A stretch of 64,000 bases of DNA from contig NC_043001.1 of NCBI RefSeq assembly GCF_006345805.1, positions 19,654,001 through 19,718,000 of the forward strand, read 5' to 3'. Below are positions 24,527 to 34,970 of this stretch, in pieces (the first letter of the stretch is position 1; the number at the start of each line of letters is the position of its first letter). Both the position numbers and the translations under genes were made by a program. The notes beneath the pieces were generated by a model. That model was not told where the DNA came from. It saw only the letters and a program-made list of their open reading frames with translations, and ran no database searches. Origin of the DNA: Octopus sinensis. Lineage: Eukaryota.

Positions 24527-25594
24527 GAACTAAATATCAGAGCCACTACGTCAGGCCTGGCCAACTCGAATTACATTCGCTTTTCATGCTGGCATGGGTT
24601 GGACAGTTTGATCAGAGCTGGCTAACAGGAGAGCTGCACCAGGTTCCAATCTGGTTTGGCATGGTTTCTACAGCTGGATATGCCTTTCCTAATGCCAACC
24701 ACTTTAGAGTGTACTGAGTGCTTTTAATGTGGTGCCAACACAGATGCTTCTCTATATGGTGCCAAAATGGGTGCTTTTTATGTGACACCAGCACAGGACT
24801 TTAGTGGGTCAATCCTCTTCATCAGGGGGAATGCTGAGGAGGATGGGTCTTCTTGAGTACAACAAGGTACCAGATATCTCAATCCATTGTCATCTTCTCA
24901 ATAAGATTCAGTGTCTTGGGATTGTCCTTCAGTTCTCCATCACATATCTTCCAGGGTCTCCCTCTTCCATGGGTTCCATCTAATTTGAGTGATCAGTATG
25001 ACTTCAGATGTGATGTTGGGAAAAGTTAAAATACAATGGTAAAAGAATGGTGACTTTTTTGGGGGGGGGTGGAGGGGGGTTACAATATGCCAGCAAAACA
25101 GGTTTATTGAGAGGGTGGTGTTGGGGGAAGTTACAGTGTAAAGGAAGGAATGTGTCATTGTGGGGGTGCAGTAATGGAGAGACTAGCAGAAAAGGAGGAT
25201 GAACATGTTCTCAAAGTAACACGCCAAAAGAAGTGAAGAGAATAGGACGTGTTGATAGAATACTCTGGGAAAGAATAAAAATTGCAAATGTGCAATCACA
25301 GCCATCCTTGATCAAGCATCACAACTCAGAAAGATAGAAAATGGTGTTGCAGGACATGGTGGAAGCATGGAGATTCAGAATGATTAAATCATTATGACAT
25401 GTCCTTTATAGAAAGCTGTTGCATACATCACAATATACAAATTTTATTCAACATATTTCCTATGGATAATAAGATTTTCCATATAAAATATAATTTTCTA
25501 ATACTAAAATACACACACACATACTTCTGTAAAGTAGATCATACGTTACTCAACATAATGATAAACATTTGGTAGTTTTTACTATCTGTACAGT

Positions 25595-26155
25595 AGTTGT
25601 ATACTGTCAACTTAATGTGACAGTCCCATGAGGGGAATCACAGCACTGCTATTTAGTCCTAGGAAGCATCAATGCTTCTTAGGGCTAAATAGCAGTGGTG
25701 TGATTCCCTTCATGGGACTGTCACATTAAGTTGACAGTATATAACTACTCTATCGTACCACTACTGCTTATATCTCTCTGAGATATTTAGAAATGTAATA
25801 TTTCTATTTTTGTAATTAGTGGATTTATTTCACTAGAATTCTTATATGTTTACAAGGGCTAGACAGGCATCTTCAACTAGCAAGCCATGCTACTCCAGAC
25901 TGGTGACGAGCAAAGACTCAGAAACATGTCTCTGGATGCAGGCTTAGCTGGGTGGAGGTACTTGTCTCCCCTTTGTAAACATAAGGACACAGGAAATGTA
26001 TCAAGGCTGACAGGAAGCGTTGATGCTTCCTAGGGCTAAATAGCAGTGGTATGATTCCCTTCATGGGACTGTCACATTAAGTTGACAGTATACAACTACT
26101 CTATTGTACCACTACTGCTTATATCTCACAGAGATATTTAGAAATGTAATATTTC
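25595..26155 (+). mobile_element. Penelope/retrozyme-like non-autonomous element: 5' inverted segment, ~351-bp tandem period, hammerhead ribozyme
   Basis: Hairpin 25593-25748; direct repeat ~25665-25810 / ~26015-26158; 14/15 TSD-like TACTA(T/C)CTGTACAGT at 25580 and 26156; hammerhead at 25894-25936. Confidence 0.6.
25894..25936 (+). ncRNA. Degenerate type I minimal hammerhead ribozyme
   Basis: TCCAGA-CTGGTGA-CGAG-CAAAGA-CTCA-GAAAC-AT-GTC-TCTGGA. Stem I is TCCAGA/TCTGGA, stem III is the palindrome ACATGT, and the cleavage triplet is GUC. The core deviates (CUGGUGA instead of CUGANGA). Confidence 0.6.
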
Positions 26156-27356
26156 TACTACCTGTACAGTTTTATGATTAATTAAGCAGATCTTTTATGA
26201 CACCTTTTTATGAAGATCTGCTTCCAGTCAGCTTTCCTTGATCATTACTTCTTCCTGTGTACAACCTCAGTTTATTCTTACATCTAATATATATACAAAT
26301 ACACAACAAAGTTTATTACAGAAGATAAAAATGTATCTACATCCCAGAAATGAATTGAACTTATGGCCCTCTCCATTAGTTCTACCACTGATCATCATCC
26401 TCATCATCATCATTTAACGTCCGTTTTCCATGCTAGCATGGGTTGGCAGTGTTTCTACAGCTTGATGCCCTTCCTAATGCCAACCACTCCGTGAGTGTAG
26501 TGGGTGCTTTTTACGTGCCACCAGCACAGGTGCCAGGGGAGGCTGGCAACAGCCACGAACGGTTGGTGGTTTTTACGTGTCACCGACACAGAAGCCAGTC
26601 AAGGCAGAGCTGGCATCGGCCACGTATGGATGGTGCTTTTTTACGTGCCACCGGCATGATAAATTATGGAACAGAAAAGAAATACACACACACATATATA
26701 TAACAGTAAGGAACAATTGATAATTAGAGCAAAAATACTGTATCATTCTTTTCATGCGAATTTATGAGCTTTATTCTAAACAAAGACTCAGTCATTTAAT
26801 AGAGATTAACAAAATAAGTATCAAAGTACAGCAGCCAAAACTGTGAAGTCAATGACACAGTCCAAATACTGGATCTGGCAAAAGAATAAAATAATTTTTG
26901 CTTTACAAACTTACATATAGGCAGAGGCCTTATATGTACCAGAGTGGTAAGAAGTTTGCTTCCCAACCACACGGGTTCCAGGTTCAGTCCTACTGTGTGG
27001 CACTTTGAACAAGTGTCTTCTAAAGCCTCAAGTCAACCAAATCCTTATGAGTGGATTTGGTAGATGGAAACTGAAAAGAAGACCATCATGTAAATGTGTG
27101 TGTGTGTGTGTGTCACCACTGCTTAACAACCGGCGTTGGTGTGTTTACCTCCCTGTAACTTAGTGATTCAGCAAAAAGAGATCAATACAATGAATATCAG
27201 ACTTTAAAAAAATAAATACTAGAGTCAATTTGTTCAACTAATATTCTTCAAGGCGATGCCCCAGCATGGCCACAGTCTAATGACTAAAACGAGGTAAAAA
27301 GGAAAAAAAAGATAAAAGTTATTGTCCAAGATTTAATGTATAATACATTATATAAG

Positions 27357-27640
27357 TGGAGGCACATGGCCTAGTGGTTAGAGCAGCAGCCTCACAGTCA
27401 AAGGATTGTGGGTTCGAATTTCAGACTGGGCGATGTGTGTGTTTATGAGTGAAACACCTAAGCTCCACGCAGATCCGGCAGAAGGTAATGGCGAACTTCT
27501 GCTGACTCTTTCACCACAACTTTCTCTCACTCTTTCCTCTAACATCTTGCAGCTCACCTGCGACAGACCAGTGTCCTGTCCAGGTGGGGAACCTATACAC
27601 CACGGAAACCAGCCCTTATGAGCCAGGGATGGCTCAAGAA
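27357..27640 (+). mobile_element. tRNA-derived SINE (family D)
   Basis: Head gtggaggcacatggcctagtggttagagc...ggttcgaatt. Related copies at 44147-44520 (+) and ~46790-47077 (-). Confidence 0.75.
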
Positions 27641-28874
27641 GGAACAAACATTATATAAAGCCAAATATATCATTACATATATTAGTATTCCGATTAGTCT
27701 ATCAAATGTAATGCTTATTTACTCACATTCATCATCATCATCGCTTAACGTCCGTTTTCCATGCTGGCATGGGTTGGACAGTTTAACTGCACCAGGCTCC
27801 AATCTGATCTGGCGATGTTTCTACAGCTGGATGCCCATCCTAACGCTAACCAGTGTGTAACTGGTACTTATTTAATTGACCTCGAAAGGATGAAAGGCAA
27901 AGTCGACCTCGGTGGAATTTGAACTCAGAACGTAGTGGCAGACGAAATACCGCTAAGCATTTCACCCAGCATGCTAATGTTTCTGCCAGCTTGCCGCCTT
28001 AGACTAGTTTTTATATTATCATATTTAGGTCCATTTTTCTATGTTTGCATAGATAGGATGGATCCTCCACAGCACAGTATCCTGCCATCTCTAGCAATTC
28101 ATCATCATCTCATTCATGTGGTTTGGCCCCTTGAGATCAGCCTTTATCTCTTCCCCAAATTTCCTGCCTGGATCGAAAACCACTTGCTTACCCAATATCA
28201 TCATCATTCATACACATCACTTGTTCATACTAGTAGTCTTCTCTCTTACATTCTACAATTGATTCCTCTTATACCAGTTTTCCTTTCAGCCAATTTCTGC
28301 ATACTAACATAACTCGTGTTTGTCTCATTTATTTTCAGCTTTCACACATCCAAACCACATATGCAGATGTATCATCATTTGGGCCCAGGCATGGCTGTGA
28401 TTAAATAGTCTGCTTCACAGCCACATGGTCCATGGTTCAATCCTAGTTTGTAGTACCATGGACAAATATTTTCTACTATAACTGTGGGTTGACAATACTT
28501 ACTTTGGGAAAGCTTATCAAATTCAATCTCATTTTCATTTACCATCCATTATTCCAGGTTTGCACAGAAATATATTTGAGCCAGGATTTTAAGACTCAAT
28601 AGCCTTCCTGTCATCAATCTTTAGCTGTTTTACAAGTATGGAATTTTTGACTCCACAGGTCTTCTAAACTGTGGAGCAACCAGTCATGACACCGACAAGG
28701 GATGTAAACACCATATCACCTTTCTGCTCTGGCATAATGGTGATGTGCAAAACTGTGGAATATCAACATTCACACACAAGAACACATACATATACAATGG
28801 ACTTCTGCATAGTTTCAGCCTGCCAAATTCACTGGTTGGTCTAGTGAATGGATATTATATATATATACATATAT

Positions 28875-29630
28875 ATTATCATCATCATATAACATCCATT
28901 GTCCATGCTGGCATGGGTTGGACGGTTTGATTGGGCTGGCACATTGAAAGGCTGCACCAAGCTCCAGTCTGATTTGGCATGGTTTTCTGTGGCTGGATGC
29001 CCTTCTTAATGCCAACTACTCTGAGAGTGTAATGGACGCTTTAATGTGCCACCAGCATGGGTGCCATTTGCATGACACCAGTAGCTGCCTTGACTGCAAT
29101 TTTGCTTGGCTTGATGGGTCTCCTTCTCAAGCACAACATATTGTCAAAGGTTTTGGTCATTGCCTCCGCCAGGCCCAACACTCAAAAGGGACTCGGCCAT
29201 TTTGCCTCCATGAGGCCCAATGCTCTAAAGGAACTCAGTCACCTCGCCTCCATGAGGCCCAACACTAGAAAAGAATTCAGCCACTTTTCCTCCATGAGGC
29301 CCAACATTCAAAGGTTGATTTTTTACGTGCCACCAACACAAGTGCACTTGGCTTGACAGGTGTTCTTGAGCAGAGCACATTGCCAAAAGTCTCGGTCACT
29401 AGTCATTGCTTCTGTGAGGTTCAAAGTTCGAAGATCATGCTTCACTGCCTCGTCCCATGTCTTCCTGGGTCTACCTCCACAGTAAGCGATCAGCACTTCT
29501 TTACACAACTGTCCTTGTCCATACGCATCACGACCATACCAGTGCAGCTGTCTCTCTTGCACACCACCTCTGATTCTTCTTATGCCTAACTTTTCTCTCA
29601 AGACGCTTATACTCTGCTGAACATTCACAC
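28875..29630 (-). mobile_element. 5'-truncated RTE-type LINE 3' end
   Basis: ORF end LREKLGIRRI..QERQLHWYG..GRPRKTWDEAVKHDL..DRDFW, followed by the 3' UTR and (GAT)n tail. Confidence 0.8.
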
Positions 29631-30834
29631 AGATAAGAGAAATTAAAGAACAGATGTTTATTCCATTAGTTGACAGCTGTTTTATAATCTATGTTAGTTA
29701 AATAAGCAAAGCTACATAATCCATCACACATATATATGAATGAACATACATCAGAATTTATACCTAGAAATATAAATTGTGCTGTAAGTAAAGAGATTAT
29801 TCTTCAGAACATTTCATGGCAAGTTTACACCAGACTCTAAATATCAGCAAAAAACAATACTAACCAAAATAAGCCCACTGAGATAGAGACATTTCTTTGT
29901 TATTCTCACCATTGGAAATGCCATGAACCAGGGATTAATCCAATGGAAACATATAATCAATAATGTTATAGTTAACAATGGAAATTAAAAACATGTGCAT
30001 GTATGAAAGAACTCTGTTCTAACTATACACAACATAAAGCTGATATTGATTACATTTCTTATGCTGATTTCGAACATGTGATCAATATTAGTTTCTTACT
30101 TATGTATAAAGTCAGTTTTATATGAAAGGTTTATAGTCGTCATCATCATCGTTTAACGTCCGCTTTCCATGCTAGCATGGGTTGGACGATTTTGACTGAG
30201 GACTGGTGAACCAGATGGCTGCACCAAGCTCCAATCTTGATGTGGCAGAGTTTCTACAGCTGGATGCCCTTCCTAAGACCAACCACTCCGAGAGTGTAGT
30301 GGGTGCTTTTACGTGCCACCAGCATGGGGATCAGTCAGGCGGTACAGGCAATGACCTTGCTCAAATCTTTTTACAAATGCCATCGGCACAGGTGCCAGTA
30401 AGGCGATACTGGTAACAATCATGCTCGAATGGTACCGTTTACATGCCACCGGCACGGAAGCCAGTTAGCCGCTCTGGCAAAAATATGGAACGCTTCACAA
30501 ATTTGCATGTCTGAATTAAATTCAATACTTTATATGTACTTATTTCATTCACTGTGGAGAGATGAAATTTTAATTCACTTACAGCAGGATTTGAGATCAA
30601 AATCTTAAGCTCTAAAATTATGCCTTGTAATACTTTGGATTCAAAAATTCTATCTCAGCTAACACCACTATTCAAAATATAGTCAATATATATTGTAAAT
30701 GAAGAGAAGCTTTATGATGTTAATGTGTGGAAAGAATGGAAGTAAAGACTGTGATAGCTACAAGATGTTTAGATACTGTGTGTTGGAAGATAAGTGCAAA
30801 GAGGAGTGCTGCAACATATTTAAATGGTGATTGA

Positions 30835-31510
30835 CAATGGTCATGTGGTGAGAATGGATGAAAAGAGTTGTGTGAAAAAGTGCCACACCCTAGCAGTTGC
30901 AGGAACCTATGGAAGAGGTAGACCCAGGAAAACCTGGGACGAGGTGATGAAGCACGACCTTCGAACTTTAGGTCTCACCGAGGCAATGACTAGTGACCGA
31001 GACCTTTGGAAATATGCTGTGCGTGAGAAGACCTGGCAGGACAAGTGAGAACATAACATGTGGCCTTTACCTGGGATGTAGCCAGTCCACTAATGCATAC
31101 CTTTCCTTCTTGGGACACAAAACTCAGCTTGCAAAGACCTGTTGAGGCAAGTGAAATCGAAATCGATCAAAATCAATGGAAATTGTAGTTGTGATACCAG
31201 TGCCGGTGGCACGTAAAAGAACCATTCGAACGTGGCTATTGCCAGTGCCGCCTCAACTGGCCTCCATGCCAGTGGCACGTAAAAAGCACCAGCCGATTGT
31301 GGCCATTGCCAGCCCCGCCTGGCACGTAAAAAGCACCCACTACACTCACGGAGTGGTTGGCGTTAGGAAGGGCATCCAGCTGTAGAAACATTGCCAGATC
31401 AGACTGGGCCTGGTGCAGCCTCCTGGCTTCCCAGACACTAGTCGAACCATCCAACCCATGCTAGCATGGAAAGCGGACGTTAAACGATGCTGATGATGAA
31501 GATGATGATT
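30835..31510 (+). mobile_element. 5'-truncated RTE-type LINE 3' end
   Basis: GHVVRMDEKSCVKKC..GRGRPRKTWDEV..DRDLW, then UTR ggttggcgttaggaagggcatccagctg and gacgttaaacgatg(a/c)tgatga tail. UTR-only copies at ~24570, 26400, 30140, 36240, 40310, 41090, 42550, 42800, 43470, 44930, 49000, 52230, 52820, 54890 and 55800. Confidence 0.85.
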
Positions 31511-31823
31511 GACGATAAAGATTTACAATAAGGTAATTTTAAGAACGTAACAATAAAAGGAGTTTATAATATAAATAAAATTAATTATTCATCAAACAAA
31601 GATTTTAAAAATAAAAAAAAAATTGCTGAAACAGAAATAAGAAACAAAATTGAAATATACTTGAAAAATTCCAGATTTTATTTTCAATATTTTTTTTTTT
31701 TTGCGTAGCAAAATTTGATCCTTAAAAGAGCAAATATACTTCAAGTTCATGTCAAACAATAAAATATATCCTTAACATTTTTTATATATGTCTACAAGGG
31801 TAATCCTGGAATGGGTTCTACAT

Positions 31824-33452
31824 TCAAAAGTGTCGTGTAACGGCATTCATCAAACAATACGTGTGATCAGACATCATGTTTGCATTCCAATTGTGTGAGC
31901 AAATAAAATCATCTTCTTCTAGGCAGTATGTATGATCTGTACCTTTTCCATCGGGTTCTTTTTGGAGCTTAGCATCAAAACAATATGTATGATCAAAGGA
32001 AGGCTGATTTTCTTTTGCAGCTTGAAGTGTAAAGCTTAGTTTCTCCCAGTCTGTTTTAACTGACCTATTACCAAATGTTTTCAAATTATTCATATTAGAA
32101 ATTATGCCTTTTTTATGAGAATATGTGTGGTCGGGTTTAGAAATATTTGAACAATGTACTGTGGTTTCAACTGGTTGATCAAGGCAATTGTTTTTACTTG
32201 ACTTTTTCAGAGGTGTACTCACTGGTTGAGAGTTTTGGTTATGCTGAGTATTCAGAGGTATGGGTCTCCCAGAATTACTGCAGTTATCTGTATGAGAAGA
32301 ATGGTGTACAAGCTGCAAAGACGAATCCTCTTGAGCGTTTGTCTTTTTTTCGCTACAATGAACTCCAATACTGTACGTATGGTCAGGTTTCAATTTCCTT
32401 GCATTTTTCTCAGGCACAAGTTCACTGTTACAAGCTGAAGGTTCTAATGGTAACTTATCACCAAGCATGTTAGTGCTACAACCTGAGCTGTACGTGTGAT
32501 CAGACTCGATATTGGGCTTGTTAGAATCAGATTGATTCACCGACGGTTCTTGACTGGAATGTGAAGATTTTACTTTCCTTTTACAAAGGCGAGATTTTTT
32601 AGCATGTGACCAATATGTATGATCAGGTTGTAACTGATTTTTCTCAATGCTATTCGAATGGCACTTACTTTTGTTGCCAAATGCAAGTGGGTTCGTTTCG
32701 TTCCCATCATTCAACTCCTGGCTGGCATTGAAACAATAAGTATGATCGGGTTTATACTGTTGATCAAAACTACAGTTACCTTTGGGCGATGCTGACTGTT
32801 CATCAATATGTTTTGTACCTGAGCAGCTTCTTCCACCTTCACTCGAAGGAACAGCTTTCAACGAACAGCTTGACTTTTGTTGATCAGAATTTTGTTTTGT
32901 GTGCAGTTCAATATGTTTGATAAGTTCATTTGATTTTGTAAATATTTTTTTACAATATCCACATTTAAAAGGATTCTTCGTCATGTGGCTTCCTGAATGA
33001 TTTCCTAAATGCGTACCTAAGTTACTTGATGATGTAAAAGACTTTTCACAAAGGTTACATTGGAACAATTTCTCATCAGAATGTACCCTCATGTGTCTGC
33101 TTAGGTTGCTATTATGTGCAAAAAGTTTTTGACAAAAAGTGCATTCATATAAGAAATGTATCTTTAAATTCTTTGAAAGACCTTTGGAATAAAAAAATGG
33201 CTTCAAAAAACATTTTTTACCAGAATTTTCTGTGTTATGGTTTTTAAAATATTTATTTAAATGGCTCTGAAAGGGGAAATTTTTTTTGTGGTAATCAAAC
33301 ATTATAGGTCTTCCAATATTGCTTTTAGGTAAAGGTTTCTTAGAGTTCGTTACACCAGTAGATTTTCCTTCACAATTCATTATGTGGGTTAAAGCTTGTT
33401 TAAAACATTTTATATTTGATGAGTCTTTGTTACTTTCATTTTTTAAGCGCAA
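31824..33452 (-). CDS. C2H2 zinc-finger protein (3 intact fingers plus degenerate ones) with eight C-terminal DHTY motifs; single coding exon
   Basis: 542-codon ORF with fingers CTFC..HMRVH, CNLC..HLGNH and CGYC..HIELH. The listed start is TTG; the first in-frame ATG is at 33380. Acceptor tttatatttttcag (AG 33542-33541); AATAAA on the minus strand at 31682-31677. Confidence 0.9.
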   Translation of the reverse strand: MRLKNESNKDSSNIKCFKQALTHIMNCEGKSTGVTNSKKPLPKSNIGRPIMFDYHKKNFPFQSHLNKYFKNHNTENSGKKCFLKPFFYSKGLSKNLKIHFLYECTFCQKLFAHNSNLSRHMRVHSDEKLFQCNLCEKSFTSSSNLGTHLGNHSGSHMTKNPFKCGYCKKIFTKSNELIKHIELHTKQNSDQQKSSCSLKAVPSSEGGRSCSGTKHIDEQSASPKGNCSFDQQYKPDHTYCFNASQELNDGNETNPLAFGNKSKCHSNSIEKNQLQPDHTYWSHAKKSRLCKRKVKSSHSSQEPSVNQSDSNKPNIESDHTYSSGCSTNMLGDKLPLEPSACNSELVPEKNARKLKPDHTYSIGVHCSEKKTNAQEDSSLQLVHHSSHTDNCSNSGRPIPLNTQHNQNSQPVSTPLKKSSKNNCLDQPVETTVHCSNISKPDHTYSHKKGIISNMNNLKTFGNRSVKTDWEKLSFTLQAAKENQPSFDHTYCFDAKLQKEPDGKGTDHTYCLEEDDFICSHNWNANMMSDHTYCLMNAVTRHF

Positions 33453-33716
33453 GGTTAATTAGAAAAATATTTCTTTCTTCGTTATACATATCTTCAGTCA
33501 GAGACACATTCTTGAGAATTCTAAATTAAATGGCTTGAGGCTGAAAAATATAAAGAAAAAAAATGGAAATTGAAATATATTGGTACATTTTTACATACAC
33601 ACACACACCCCACCACCAATAACAAGAACAACAATAACATCAATAACAGCAAAAGTAAAGGCTTGCTTTGCAGGCCCCATGATAGCCTAATTATTTTCAG
33701 CATAGTTCTCATATAA

Positions 33717-33935
33717 CCCTTTAGTGTTCAGATTATTCAATCAAACATAATGCTTATTGATTTCCATTGATTTGAATTAATCATGCATTATCTCATATCT
33801 TCAAGATCTTGATGGTGTAATTACTTAACGTAGAATAACATTGTAGGGTAGGTGTGAGAGCCTGGATCTGGTCAGTTTGAACAGAAAACAGATTAAATAT
33901 TTTAGCCGGATATGGCCAGTTTAAATACTAAAGGG
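33717..33935 (-). mobile_element. piggyBac-type MITE
   Basis: CCCTTTAGT...ACTAAAGGG termini with ATAA/TTAA flanks; same family as 62125-62344 and 34461-34681. Confidence 0.7.
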
Positions 33936-34794
33936 TTAAAACACACAGATATACAGTGTACCTATTCCAAAAGTGGGCTACAAATTGTAAATATGTGTAG
34001 ATGTGTATTTACACGTATATTCATTCATATTGAGTCTAGTTTTGTTGTTGCTGATGATGATGGCAGGGGTGATGCAATTAAAACTGAAAGTGAGTTGAAA
34101 TGTGAATATTTCCGAAATACGACAACTTTAACAAGAAATAACTTCCAAAATACAGAATTTTCTCAACAATGCCAAGAGTAAAAGATGTTTTATGTGACAC
34201 ATTCTACAAGTATACAAAGTTTGAGAGTGTTTAGTTACAAAAAATTATTTTTTAAATTTGTCGGTCAAAAGGTAAAGATCCCAAAATGGCGAACAATTGG
34301 AATACAACTTGGGAATATAATGATTGCATTACAGAATTAATTCTCATCTGTCCTTAATTTCTGATGAAACACCATTTAGCTCTCTTTAGTTTTGGGCTGC
34401 AGGCCCAATTAGCCCTCCACAGGAGCTAGATTAAAAGTCTGCATGGAGGGCAGCTTTTAACCCTTTAGCATTCAAACTGGCCATATCTGGCCAAAATATT
34501 TAACCTGTTTTATATTGAAACTGACCAGATCTCGCCTCTCACCTCAGCCCTACCATGTCATTCTAAAACTAAAATAATCACATCACTGAAATCTCTAAAC
34601 TACAAGATAATACATGATTAATTCAAAACAATATAAATAAACAAACATCACGTTTGACAGAATAATCTGAACACTAAAGAGTCAAGCTAGTATAAAATAA
34701 AGCAAAAATGAAAAAATAATAATAACCCTTGTACAACAGGTGACAGCCTAATGCTGAAAGAAATAATATTTATCTCTCATATTTCATTTAATTT

Positions 34795-34970
34795 GGAAAT
34801 ATTAAATTTCTAAATATCTCATAGAGATATGTACGGTGGTGGAGCGATAGAGTGATTGTATACTGTCAACTTAACGTGACGGTCCTGTAAGGGAGATGCT
34901 TCCTAGGGCTAAACAGCAGTGGTGTAATTCCCTTACAGGACCATCACGTTAAGTTGACAGTATACAACCA
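34795..34970. repeat. Second, inverted-rearranged member of the 25.6-kb Penelope-like family
   Basis: Arms 34856-34894 and 34929-34967 are complementary. The sequence matches 25672-25805, partly in reverse orientation. Confidence 0.7.
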
